Source: an uncultured Planctomycetota bacterium (GTDB lineage: Bacteria > Planctomycetota > PLA2 > JAEUHO01). From it: a stretch of 64,000 bases of DNA. Shown here piece after piece: positions 8,525 through 17,923 of this stretch. Under the pieces are notes generated by a model. That model made no database searches and had not been told where the DNA came from. It saw only the letters and a list, made by a program, of their open reading frames with translations. Where the stretch lies: contig CAVVXN010000002.1 of the NCBI GenBank assembly GCA_963752285.1, positions 352,001 to 416,000 of the forward strand. The letters run 5' to 3'. The translations under genes were made by a program, and so were the position numbers. The first letter of the stretch is position 1, and each line of letters opens with the position of its first letter.

Positions 8525-9970
8525 ATGTCGCCCGAGTCCCCGCCGGCCGTGGAACGCGTGGACCGGTTCCGGTGGCGGATCCCGCGTAGCGGGGCGATGC
8601 GGACGGAGGGTCTCGTCTTCGCCACCGAGAGCCTGCTCCGGACGATGCAGGGCGAGCGGGCCCTCGAGCAGGTCCGAAACGTCGCGTGCCTGCCGGGGAT
8701 CGTCGGGCCGAGCCTCGGCATGCCCGACCTCCACTGGGGCTACGGCTTCGCGATCGGCGGCGTCGCGGCGTTCGACCCGGACGAGGGCGTGATCAGCCCG
8801 GGCGGCGTCGGCTACGACATCAACTGCGGGGTACGGCTGCTCCGGACCGACCTGGACGCGGCGTCGGTCGGCGGCCGGCTCGACGCGCTCGCCGACGCGC
8901 TCGTCGACGAGGTCCCCTGCGGCGTGGGCGCGGCGCAAGAGGACCTCCACCTCACGGGGCGCGAGATGGACGCCTGTCTCGCCGACGGGGCGGCGTGGGC
9001 CGTCCGGCGCGGGCTCGGCGTGCCCGAAGACCTCGAGCACGCCGAGGAGAACGGGCGCCTCGAGGGCGCGCGACCCGACGAGGTATCCGACCGTGCGAAG
9101 CGCCGCGGCGCGCGACAGCTCGGGACGCTCGGTTCCGGCAACCACTTCCTCGAGGTGGACCGCGTGGCGGAGGTCGAAGACGCCGAGGCGGCCCGTGCGC
9201 TCGGGTTGGTCGAGGGGCAGGTCGCCGTGCTCGTCCACTCGGGCAGCCGCGGCCTCGGCCACCAGGTGTGTACGGACCACCTGCCGACGATGAAACGGTC
9301 CGCAGAGAGGCACGGCATCGTGCTCCCCGACCCGCAGCTCGCGTGCGCGCCCTTCCGCTCGCCGGAGGCCGAGCACTACCTCGGCGCGATGCGCGCGGCC
9401 GTGAACTTTGCGTTCGCGAACCGGCAGGCGATCGCGGCGGGCGTGCGGCGCGCGTTCGACCGCGTGTTCGGGGCGGCCGGCGTCCTCGCGCAGGTCTACG
9501 ACGTGTGCCACAACATCGCGAAGGTCGAACGGCACGTCGTCGGCGGCCGCGAACGAGACCTCGTCGTGCACCGCAAGGGCGCGACGCGCGCGTTCCCTCC
9601 GGGGCACCCGCTCACGCCGGTCGCGTACCGGGCGGTGGGGCAGCCGGTGATGGTCCCGGGCGACATGGGCCGGTACTCGTTCGTGCTCGTCGGCACCGAG
9701 GGGGCGTGGAGGGAGACGTTTGGCTCCTCGTGCCACGGCGCGGGCCGCCTCCAGAGCCGCACGCGCGCGCGGAGGGAGACGCGGGACCAGGACGTGCGCG
9801 GCGACCTCGAACGACGCGGGATCCGCGTCCGCGCCGCGAGCCGCCGCACGATCGACGAGGAGCACCCCGGCGCCTACAAGGACGTCGCGGAGGTGGTGGC
9901 GGTGGTGGAGGGCGCCGGGCTCGCGCGTCGGGTCGCGCGCCTCGAGCCGATGGCGGTCGTGAAGGGCTGA
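8525..9970 (+). CDS. rtcB: RNA-splicing ligase RtcB
   Basis: MPDLHWGYG, GGVGYDINCG, LGSGNHF, HSGSRG, HN, HRKGA and CHGAGR motifs; AGGAGG 8 nt before ATG 8525. Confidence 0.97.
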   Translation: MSPESPPAVERVDRFRWRIPRSGAMRTEGLVFATESLLRTMQGERALEQVRNVACLPGIVGPSLGMPDLHWGYGFAIGGVAAFDPDEGVISPGGVGYDINCGVRLLRTDLDAASVGGRLDALADALVDEVPCGVGAAQEDLHLTGREMDACLADGAAWAVRRGLGVPEDLEHAEENGRLEGARPDEVSDRAKRRGARQLGTLGSGNHFLEVDRVAEVEDAEAARALGLVEGQVAVLVHSGSRGLGHQVCTDHLPTMKRSAERHGIVLPDPQLACAPFRSPEAEHYLGAMRAAVNFAFANRQAIAAGVRRAFDRVFGAAGVLAQVYDVCHNIAKVERHVVGGRERDLVVHRKGATRAFPPGHPLTPVAYRAVGQPVMVPGDMGRYSFVLVGTEGAWRETFGSSCHGAGRLQSRTRARRETRDQDVRGDLERRGIRVRAASRRTIDEEHPGAYKDVAEVVAVVEGAGLARRVARLEPMAVVKG

Positions 9971-10301
9971 CGCCCCGCGGGACCTTCCCTCCGGGCGCTC
10001 TGCCGGGCGGCGCTCGCGGTCGCCGCGGCCCGCGTCGGGGGCCCCCGGCCTCGGCGTGGTTTCGTCCACGGGAGGCCCCTCGGACCGCCGCGACCCGGGG
10101 GGGGCGGCGCGGGAGCGGGGGCGGGGGCGGAACGGATCTCGCGCGGGGATTGGAGCTCGGGGTAGGGTGCCGCGGATCCGGTCGCCGGTACGGCCGCCGG
10201 ACGAGGACCCCATGGACGACCCCGGCGGCAGTCGAACGTCTCGAACCCCTTGACGGCGCCGGGCGCGGAGGCGGGCCCCGCACGGCGGCGGGAGCCTCCC
10301 G

Positions 10302-11606
10302 ATGTCCCAGGTGCTCCACGAGATCCAGGAGGCGTGGCCGGTCCTCCTCGCGGACGAGCGCCTGGATCGCTTCCGCGCGCTCTCGCCCGCGGACGCCGAG
10401 GAGTTCTTCCCGACGCTCTCGTCCCGCGCGCAGGCCGACATCGTGCTCGGGCTCCCGCCCGGCGAGCGGAGGCTCTGGCTCCGCCTTCTACCGCCCGACG
10501 ACCTCGCCGACCTCGTCCAGGAGGCGCCCGAGGAGGAGCGCGCGAACCTCGTGGCGGAGCTGACCGAGCCCGTGCGCCGCGAGGTGCGCGCGCTCCTCGC
10601 GTACGCGGAGGACGACGCCGGCGGCCTGATGAGCCCGCGCTTCGCGCGTCTTCGACCCGACATGCCCACGGAGGACGCGCTGCGCTACCTGCGGCGCCAG
10701 GTGGCGGGCCAGCTCGAGACGATCTACTACGCGTACGTGCTCGACGGCGAGCAGCGTCTCCTCGGCGTCGTGTCCATGCGCGACCTGCTCGCCGCGTCCG
10801 GCGAGAAGACGGTGCGCGAGATCATGAGCGGGGGCGTGGTGAGCGTCCCGCAGGACATGGACCAGGAGGGCGTCGCCCGCCTGATCGCGAAGCACGACCT
10901 CCTCGCCGTGCCGGTGGTGGACGAGCAGGGCCGCATGAAGGGCATCGTGACGGTCGATGACATCGTGGACGTCGTGCAGCACGAGGCCACCGAGGACATC
11001 CACAAGCTCGGCGGTCTCGACGCGCTGGACCGCCCCTACCTGCAGATGGCCTTCTTCCCGCTCGTGCGCCGCCGAGCCGGCTGGCTGGCCGTGCTGTTCC
11101 TCGGCGAGCTGCTGACCGCCAGCGCGATGGCGTACTACGAGACCGAGCTCGCCCGCGCGGTGGTCCTGACGCTGTTCCTCCCGCTGATCATCTCGAGCGG
11201 CGGCAACGCGGGCTCGCAGGCCACGACGCTCATCATCCGCGCGATGGCGCTCGGCGAGGTGCGGCTCAAGGACTGGTTCCGCATCGTCCGACGCGAGCTC
11301 CGGATGGGCCTGGCGCTCGGGTTGATCCTCGCCTGCATCGGTCTGGCGCGGGTCCTCGTCTGGCAGGGCCTCTTCCACTCGTACGGGGAGTACTACGTGC
11401 GCATCGCGTTCGCGGTGGCCGTGAGCCTCGTGGGCGTCGTCACGTGGGGCACGCTCTCGGGGTCGATGCTCCCGTTCGTTCTCCGGCGTTTCCATCTCGA
11501 CCCGGCGAGCGCCTCCGCGCCGTTCGTGGCGACGCTCGTGGACGTCTCCGGGCTCGTCATCTACTTCTCGGTGGCGGAGGTCCTGCTCCGGGGCGCGCTC
11601 CTCTGA
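10302..11606 (+). CDS. mgtE: Magnesium transporter MgtE
   Basis: N-terminal MgtE domain, AGGLM and a CBS pair, then GGNAGSQ, DPASASAPFVATLVDVSG in the TM domain. Confidence 0.96.
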   Translation: MSQVLHEIQEAWPVLLADERLDRFRALSPADAEEFFPTLSSRAQADIVLGLPPGERRLWLRLLPPDDLADLVQEAPEEERANLVAELTEPVRREVRALLAYAEDDAGGLMSPRFARLRPDMPTEDALRYLRRQVAGQLETIYYAYVLDGEQRLLGVVSMRDLLAASGEKTVREIMSGGVVSVPQDMDQEGVARLIAKHDLLAVPVVDEQGRMKGIVTVDDIVDVVQHEATEDIHKLGGLDALDRPYLQMAFFPLVRRRAGWLAVLFLGELLTASAMAYYETELARAVVLTLFLPLIISSGGNAGSQATTLIIRAMALGEVRLKDWFRIVRRELRMGLALGLILACIGLARVLVWQGLFHSYGEYYVRIAFAVAVSLVGVVTWGTLSGSMLPFVLRRFHLDPASASAPFVATLVDVSGLVIYFSVAEVLLRGALL

Positions 11607-12906
11607 GCGGCAGGGGCGCGTCGCGCGGCGCGCGGCCAGCCCGGCTCGCGCCGACGACCAGCAGGACGGACGCCAGCAGGAGCGGACCGGCGGCGCCGAC
11701 GGGCTCGAGGGGGCGCGCGACGTGCGCGAGGTAGAAGAGCGCCTCGCCGGCGACGAAGACGCCCACGAGGCGCCCGGGCCTCGCCACGAGACCGTCCGCC
11801 GCCACGAGCAGCGCGACGAGCGGGAGCACGACCGTGTAGTGCGTCGGCCACGCGTAGCGCACGGCGAGCACGGGCAGGAACCCCACGAGCGCGAACGCGA
11901 GCGCGAACCCGCGGTCGTCGGGGGCGCGCAGGCGTCGCCAGCCGAGGAGCGCCGCGAGGAGGACGGCCAGGGCGGTGACGACGCGCGCGGCGTCGTCGAC
12001 CGCGCGCCACGCGGCGTCCGAGAGCGACGGCCGTTCGTCCTCGAAGGACGCGCCCGCCGCCCACCCGGTCCACGTCGCGAACACGCGGCGAGGCGCCTGG
12101 TTCTTGAACCGGTACTCGTTGATGTTCGCCATCTCCTCGAGGTCGGCGAGCCGCCCGGGCGGCGCGGCGAACACGGCCTCGGAGGTCTCGAGCCATCGCT
12201 GGGTGACCGTGCGGGCGCGCGCCGGCCCGAGGACCGCGACCGGGATCAGCACGAAGAACGCGAGGAGCCCGCCGGCGACGCCGACCGACAGCCGGAGGAA
12301 CGGCCTCCCGCCTCTCCTGCGCCACGCGGCGAGCAGGCCGAGGCCCACGGCCGCGGCGGGCAGGAGGGGCGTCAGCCGGAGCGCACCGCCGAACGCCAGG
12401 AGCGCGCCCGCGACGACCTCGCGGCGCCGGACGAGGAGCACGAGGGCGCCGACCTGGATCGCGACGAGGGCGACCGTCACCTGCCCCCGCTCGAACGACT
12501 GGTGGAGGAAGGGCAGCGCCACGGCCGTGCCCACGAGCGTCGGGCGCCATCCGACCCGTCCCGGGCCCCAGGGCATCCGCGCGAGCGCGAGGAGCGCGGC
12601 CCCGAGCGCCGCGAGGGAGAGGGCGTAGAAGACGAGCGCCGCGTCCGGCGGGCGCGCGGGCCCGAGCGGCATCAGGAGGATCGCGAGGAGGGGAGGGTAG
12701 ACGTACGGGTAGCCCCGCGGGTTCCTCGCCTCGTACGGGTCCGTGCCCTCGTCCAGGGCGCGCGCCGCGGCCTGGTAGACCGTGAAGTCGGTCCGGTGCG
12801 CGCGGAGCCCGCGGTCCACGCGCGCGCGCTGCCGCACGTCGAGCCCGCCGTACAGGCCGGCCAGGAGGACGAGGACCAGGAGGAGGAGGAGAGGGGTCCG
12901 CCGCAC
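11557..12906 (-). CDS. GT-C membrane glycosyltransferase (GT87/DUF2029-like)
   Basis: DFTVYQAAA...G.DPY...YVYPPLLA, GQV and NQ motifs with many TM helices; GTG start at VRRTPLLLLL. Confidence 0.82.
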   Translation of the reverse strand: MRRTPLLLLLVLVLLAGLYGGLDVRQRARVDRGLRAHRTDFTVYQAAARALDEGTDPYEARNPRGYPYVYPPLLAILLMPLGPARPPDAALVFYALSLAALGAALLALARMPWGPGRVGWRPTLVGTAVALPFLHQSFERGQVTVALVAIQVGALVLLVRRREVVAGALLAFGGALRLTPLLPAAAVGLGLLAAWRRRGGRPFLRLSVGVAGGLLAFFVLIPVAVLGPARARTVTQRWLETSEAVFAAPPGRLADLEEMANINEYRFKNQAPRRVFATWTGWAAGASFEDERPSLSDAAWRAVDDAARVVTALAVLLAALLGWRRLRAPDDRGFALAFALVGFLPVLAVRYAWPTHYTVVLPLVALLVAADGLVARPGRLVGVFVAGEALFYLAHVARPLEPVGAAGPLLLASVLLVVGASRAGRAPRDAPLPLRGARPGAGPPPPRSR

Positions 12907-12988
12907 GCCCCCCTTTTCGCCGCCCGACGGGCGCGCCGCCAGAACGCGCTGGCGTCCGTGCCGGCCGCGAGGAAGATGGCGGCCCCCC

Positions 12989-13822
12989 GTGCCCCTCCCC
13001 TCCCTCTCCCTCGTGATCCCCGCGTTCGACGCGGCCTCGCTCCTCGACGCGTCGCTCGAGCGCGCCTGGCGCTGGCTCGAGGGCCTCGACCGGGCCGTCG
13101 AGCTGGTCGTCGTGGACGACGGGAGTCGCGACGCGACGCCCGCGATCCTCGCGCGCTTCGCGTCGCGGGCGCGGGCGATGGGACGCGGGCGGTTCCGGGC
13201 GCTCCGAAATCCCATGAACCGGGGGAAGGGGTATGCGGTCCGTCGGGGCGTGCTCGCGGCGCGCGGGCACGTGCGCCTCTTCGTGGACGCCGGCCTCACG
13301 TACCCCGTCGAGGCGCTCGCGCGCGTCACGGAGACGCTGGACCGCGGCGCGGACGTGGCCATCGCGAGCCGCCTGCATCCCGAGAGCCTCTACCTCGTCC
13401 CGCCGGGCCGCCTCTACCCGCTCGTCCGGCGCCACCTCGTCGGCCGTCTCCACAACCGGGTCGCGCGCGCCATCGCCGTGCCGGGGATCCTCGACACCCA
13501 GGCGGGCCTCAAGGGATTTCGCGCCGCCGCCGCCGAGCGCGTGTTCGGGGTCGCCCGGCTCGACCGGTTCACGTTCGACGTCGAGACGCTGTTCCTCGCG
13601 CGCCGGTTCGGGTTCCAGATCGCCGAGGTGCCCGTGCGCTACGTGGACCTCGCGGAGCGGACCACGCTCCGTCCGTTCCGCGACGGCCTCTGCGGTCTGG
13701 GCGACCTCATCCGCATCCGTGCGCTCGCGCGGGCGGGCGCGTACGAGCGTCGAGCGCCTCGAGGAACGTCGCCGCAGAGAGCCCTCGCGCCCGAAGACGG
13801 GAGGCGGTCTCTCTCGAGGTGA
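12989..13822 (+). CDS. Glycosyltransferase family 2 (polyprenol-phosphate glycosyltransferase-like)
   Basis: LSLVIPAF, VVVDDGSRD, NRGKGYAVRRG, DTQAGLKGF and FTFDVE motifs; the DxD position reads DAG; start uncertain (an ATG at 12976 is out of frame by 1). Confidence 0.88.
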   Translation: MPLPSLSLVIPAFDAASLLDASLERAWRWLEGLDRAVELVVVDDGSRDATPAILARFASRARAMGRGRFRALRNPMNRGKGYAVRRGVLAARGHVRLFVDAGLTYPVEALARVTETLDRGADVAIASRLHPESLYLVPPGRLYPLVRRHLVGRLHNRVARAIAVPGILDTQAGLKGFRAAAAERVFGVARLDRFTFDVETLFLARRFGFQIAEVPVRYVDLAERTTLRPFRDGLCGLGDLIRIRALARAGAYERRAPRGTSPQRALAPEDGRRSLSR

Positions 13823-14531
13823 GGGCTTCGCGCTCGCGCGGCCGCGCCGGGTGCACGACGCACTCCAGGGGTCCGCACGCGCCGAGCCCTCCGAGGGCCG
13901 CGAGCCACGCCGCGACGTCGCGCTCGCGCTCCAGGCCGAGGCCGACGAAGGGGAGGTGCGCCGGACCGCGGCCCCGCGCCTCGGCCAGCGCGCGCGCGAG
14001 CCCCGCGGAGACGCGCGCGAGGAACGCGCGCTTCGCCGGGGCGAGCCGCGGGCCCGCGCGACGGTCGGCCGGGACGCGCAGGTAGGGGAGCTGGCGCGCC
14101 CGTGCCACCTCGAGGACGACCTCGCGGATCCCGGGGAAGGCGTGCGCGTGGTGGTGTCCCGTCACGTGGACGACGCGCCCCGCGAGTCGCTCGACCGCGT
14201 CCCACTGCGCCTCGACCTCGCGCCGGACGTCGTCGCGGCGAGGGCGCCGCGCGAGGCAGCTCGCGAGCACCGTCGGGAGGGGGAGGAACCGCCCGCCGCG
14301 GTCGGTCAGGCCGGCCAGCGGGCCCGTGAGCGCGACCCCGTCGGTGAACGCGAGGTGCAGGCCCACGGGGAAGGGCAGGTCCGCCGCGACGCGCGCGCCC
14401 TCGGCCGCCTCGGGACCGGTAGGCAGGTACGCGACCTCGCGCACCCAGCCCGCGCGCGCCGCCCTGCGGATCCCGTCGTTCGCGGCCGCCGAGAGACCGA
14501 GGTCGTCGGCGCAGAAGACGACCTGCCGCAC
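13707..14531 (-). CDS. ChbG/HpnK/YdjC family carbohydrate deacetylase
   Basis: ADDLGLS..ANDGI, VGLHL, EVEAQ, H.TGHHHAH and C-terminal VVHP motifs. Confidence 0.88.
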   Translation of the reverse strand: MRQVVFCADDLGLSAAANDGIRRAARAGWVREVAYLPTGPEAAEGARVAADLPFPVGLHLAFTDGVALTGPLAGLTDRGGRFLPLPTVLASCLARRPRRDDVRREVEAQWDAVERLAGRVVHVTGHHHAHAFPGIREVVLEVARARQLPYLRVPADRRAGPRLAPAKRAFLARVSAGLARALAEARGRGPAHLPFVGLGLERERDVAAWLAALGGLGACGPLECVVHPARPREREALTSRETASRLRARGLSAATFLEALDARTRPPARAHGCG

Positions 14532-14540
14532 GAGGCGCCC

Positions 14541-16172
14541 CTACCCGCTGCCGGTGCGCGAGGTGACGAGGACGAGGAGCAGGCGGCGCTCGAGGGGCCG
14601 GGTGCCGAGGAGCGCGGGGAGGGAGATCTGCGCGTACGTTCCCTCGTCCACCACCCTCGTCACGAGACCCGGGTCGTCCGCGAGGAGGTGGAGGTCGTCG
14701 TCCTCCAGCACCACCCACGCGCGCGGCGCGCGCCGGCAGGTCGCGCGGAGCTCGTCGGGGTCGCGGAGCGAGAAGAACGGACGGTGCCCGTAGAAGGTGA
14801 GGCTCTGGAGGCCCACGGCGTAGCGGCCCGACACGTCGCCGGGGGCGGCCTCCCGGGCGATCCGTTCGGCGAACGCGCGCGCGGGGCGGACCTCGCCGAT
14901 CCGTCCGAGCACGATCGCGGTGCCGAAGGCGAGGACGGCCAGGGTCGCGAAGGTCGCCTCGGCCGCGCGGAGGAGCCGGCGCCCGCGCCACGCCCAGAGC
15001 AGGAGCGCGGTCCACGACAGGAGCAGCGCAGACGTCGCGATGCCGACGTCGCGGAGCGGCGGGAGACGCACCGTGAGCACGATCGCGACGGCCGTCGCGC
15101 CCGTGGCGACGCCGACCAGGGGCAGCACGATCCAGCGGGCCCGGCGCCAGTCCTGCGCACGGACGAGGCGGTCGATCGTCACCCCCAGCACGACCGCCAC
15201 CGCGGGATAGGCCGGCAGGAGGTAGACCGATCGCTTGCCGGTGGAAGCCGAGAAGAAGCCGAACACCACGAGCACCCAGAGCAGGGGGAGGAGCCGCGCG
15301 TCCGCGCGCCAGCGACCCCCGCGCCCCTCGGCGAAGAACACGACGACCGCGCCCAGGAACGGGAGCGACCACGGGAGCGCGTCGCCCAGGAACGCCATGG
15401 GAAGGAAGAGCGGGCCCCGCGCGCCGTAGAGGTCGGTCAGGAAGCGGAGCGCGTTGTTCCTGAGGAAGTACTCGTGGACGAACCCGTCGTAGCTCGCGGC
15501 CATGTACACGAACCACGGCGCGGCGACGGCGAGCGCGAGCGCCAGGGGACCCACGGGCCGGAGGCGCGGCGCGGGGCGCACGCGCCGGGCGAGGAGCCGA
15601 TCGAGCACGAAGAGGCCCGCCGCGAGGACGAGCGCCACGGGACCCTTCATGAGGACCCCGACGCCGAGCGTGAAGCCCGCGACCCAGAGGCCGCCGCGCC
15701 GGGCCCCGTCGGAGAGGAGCCAACGCACGTAGCCCCAGCCGGCGACGGCGAAGCACGTCGTGAGGAACACGTCGCCCGCGAGCTGACGCGAGAACATGAA
15801 GTGCTTCGCCGTGGTGGCGAGGACGGCCCCCGCGAGGAGCCCGGCGCGCCAGCTCGCGAGGCGCCGCGCCACGTCGAACGTGAGCAGGACGGTGAGCGCC
15901 GCCGCGAGCGCCATGGGCAGGCGTCCCGCCAGCTCCGACGCGCCGAGGAGCGCGTAGAAGGGGATGGTCGCCCACGTGACCCCGGGCGGCTTCACGAACC
16001 ACGGCTCGTAGTTCATCGTCGGCACGAGCCAGGCGCCGGTCTCGATCGCCTCGCGCGGGGGCTCGGCGTAGAGGGTCTCGTTCGCGTCCCACAGGTCCGG
16101 ACGTCCCAGGCCCACGAAGTAGGGGAGGACGAGGACCCCGAGCAGGACGAACGTCAGGACGCGGCGCGACAT
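14541..16172 (-). CDS. ArnT/GT83 (PMT_2-like) membrane glycosyltransferase
   Basis: LWDANETLYAE..RE...G.WLVP, KPPG..W, AGRLP, LMKGPV, LPWS, FFSAS.GK.SVYLLPAYP motifs. Confidence 0.9.
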   Translation of the reverse strand: MSRRVLTFVLLGVLVLPYFVGLGRPDLWDANETLYAEPPREAIETGAWLVPTMNYEPWFVKPPGVTWATIPFYALLGASELAGRLPMALAAALTVLLTFDVARRLASWRAGLLAGAVLATTAKHFMFSRQLAGDVFLTTCFAVAGWGYVRWLLSDGARRGGLWVAGFTLGVGVLMKGPVALVLAAGLFVLDRLLARRVRPAPRLRPVGPLALALAVAAPWFVYMAASYDGFVHEYFLRNNALRFLTDLYGARGPLFLPMAFLGDALPWSLPFLGAVVVFFAEGRGGRWRADARLLPLLWVLVVFGFFSASTGKRSVYLLPAYPAVAVVLGVTIDRLVRAQDWRRARWIVLPLVGVATGATAVAIVLTVRLPPLRDVGIATSALLLSWTALLLWAWRGRRLLRAAEATFATLAVLAFGTAIVLGRIGEVRPARAFAERIAREAAPGDVSGRYAVGLQSLTFYGHRPFFSLRDPDELRATCRRAPRAWVVLEDDDLHLLADDPGLVTRVVDEGTYAQISLPALLGTRPLERRLLLVLVTSRTGSG

Positions 16173-17923
16173 CACGACACGCGCGCGAGGCCCGCCCGCG
16201 CCGCGCCGGGGCGGGCGACACCCGGGGCGAGGGCGAGGTAGGGCCCGAGCGCGAGGGCGTCGAGCCCGCCCTCGCAGAAGGTCTTCACGGCGTCGTCCGG
16301 GGTGCAGACGATCGGCTCCTCGTGCCGGTTGAAGGACGTGTTGATGAGCGTGGAGCGGCCCGTGGCGCGACGATAGCGGTCGAGCACCGCCCAGAGCCGC
16401 GGGTGCTCCGACCTCGTCGCGACCTGGCAGCGCGCGGTCCGGTCCACGTGCACCGCGCCGGGCGCCTCCTCGACGAGCTTCGGTCGCGCGGCGAACGCGA
16501 CGGTCATGTGGCGCCCGGCCTGCGGCGCGCGTTCGAGCCCGGCCACCCGCTCCGCCGCGCCCTCGTCGAGCAGGACGGGGGCGAACGGCATGAACTCGGT
16601 GCGGTTCAGACGGCGATTCAGGTCCTCGCGCACGTCGGACCGCTTCGCCTCGGCGAGGACGGAGCGATGGCCGAGCGCGCGGGGGCCGTACTCCATGCGC
16701 CCGTCGAAGTGCGCGACGACGCGACCCGACGCCAGGAGCCGCGCGACCTCCTCCGCGAGGTCCGCGGGCCGGTGGTGGGGGACGGGCCCGAGCGCGCGCC
16801 GGAGCGCGGCGTCGTCGAAGCCCGGGCCCAGCGCGAGGCTCGGGAGCGTCCACCCCGCGGGACGAAGCGCCGCGAGCACGGCGCCGACGGCGAGACCCCC
16901 GTCGCCCATGTGCGGGAACACGTGGAGCCGTCTCGTCCCCTCGGCCCCGGCCAGGCGCGCGTTCAGCCGCACGTTCGCGAAGACGCCGCCGGCGACGCAG
17001 AGGTCGCCGACGCCGGTGCGCCGCTGGTGCTCGCCGACGATCGCGAGGAGGCCGGTCTCGAGGCCCTGCTGGAGCCAGGCGGCGACGTCCTCGCGCGCGT
17101 ACGCGGACAGGCGCGCGAGCCAGGGCCACGCGCGGAGGCCCCACGCGCCGTCGTAGCGGAGCGCGCCGTCCTCGTAGCGGAGGGGGAACGGCACGCCGAC
17201 GCGCCGCGCGTCGCCCGCGGCGGCCAGCGCGAGGACCTTGCCCTCGTGGCGGTACGGACGGAAGCCGAGGTGGCGCGTGACGAGCGCGTAGAACGTGCCG
17301 AACGAGACGAACGGGTCGGCGGAGAAGACGCGCCGGACCCGCGTGCCCTCGGCGTAGGAAACGGTGAGCGAGCACCCGTCGCCGAGCGAGTCGGCCGTGA
17401 CGACGAGCGCGCGGTCGAAGCCGGAGCCGAAGTACGCGCTGGCCGCGTGGGCCGTGTGGTGGTCCACGAGGAGGAGGCGCGCGCGCCGGGCGCCGGCCGG
17501 CAGGCGGCGCCGGAGCAGCGGGCCGGCCAGCGCGGCCTCGATCCGGCCGCCGGGGCCGCCGGGGCGGTTCGTCGTGAGCCGGAGCCGGTAGCGGGCGAGG
17601 TCGGCCAGCCGCTCGAGAGGGGAGTCGGCGTGCTCGAACACGATCCCCGCCGTTCCCCCGAGGCGCGCCTGGAGCCGGCGCGAGAGCCGCGTTACGACCG
17701 ACGGGGTCGCGATGCCGCCCACGGCCACCAGGTCCACGTCGGACGGTCGGATCCCGCCCAGCGTGAGCACGGTGTCGATCGAGCGCTCGGGGAACCCGCC
17801 CTGGAGCTTGGTGCGGGTGAGTCGCTCCTCGTTCACGGCCGCGACGAGCCGGTCTCCGACGAAGAGGGCCGCGCCGGCATCCGAGATGCCGTCCACCAGG
17901 CCGAGCACCGCGCGTTCCGTCAC
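16172..17923 (-). CDS. Carbamoyltransferase (NodU/CmcH/TobZ family)
   Basis: EERLTR.K, HHTAHAASAY, EGKVLALA, GGVFANV, GDGG, EYGPRALGHRS, FMPFAP, HVD.TAR and INTSFN motifs. Confidence 0.95.
   Translation of the reverse strand: MTERAVLGLVDGISDAGAALFVGDRLVAAVNEERLTRTKLQGGFPERSIDTVLTLGGIRPSDVDLVAVGGIATPSVVTRLSRRLQARLGGTAGIVFEHADSPLERLADLARYRLRLTTNRPGGPGGRIEAALAGPLLRRRLPAGARRARLLLVDHHTAHAASAYFGSGFDRALVVTADSLGDGCSLTVSYAEGTRVRRVFSADPFVSFGTFYALVTRHLGFRPYRHEGKVLALAAAGDARRVGVPFPLRYEDGALRYDGAWGLRAWPWLARLSAYAREDVAAWLQQGLETGLLAIVGEHQRRTGVGDLCVAGGVFANVRLNARLAGAEGTRRLHVFPHMGDGGLAVGAVLAALRPAGWTLPSLALGPGFDDAALRRALGPVPHHRPADLAEEVARLLASGRVVAHFDGRMEYGPRALGHRSVLAEAKRSDVREDLNRRLNRTEFMPFAPVLLDEGAAERVAGLERAPQAGRHMTVAFAARPKLVEEAPGAVHVDRTARCQVATRSEHPRLWAVLDRYRRATGRSTLINTSFNRHEEPIVCTPDDAVKTFCEGGLDALALGPYLALAPGVARPGAARAGLARVS

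Noticed and set aside
9971..10301. Possible M-box riboswitch or leader peptide upstream of mgtE
   Set aside because: GC-rich sequence pairs easily by chance; I could not identify the conserved M-box core. An Rfam/Infernal scan would settle it.
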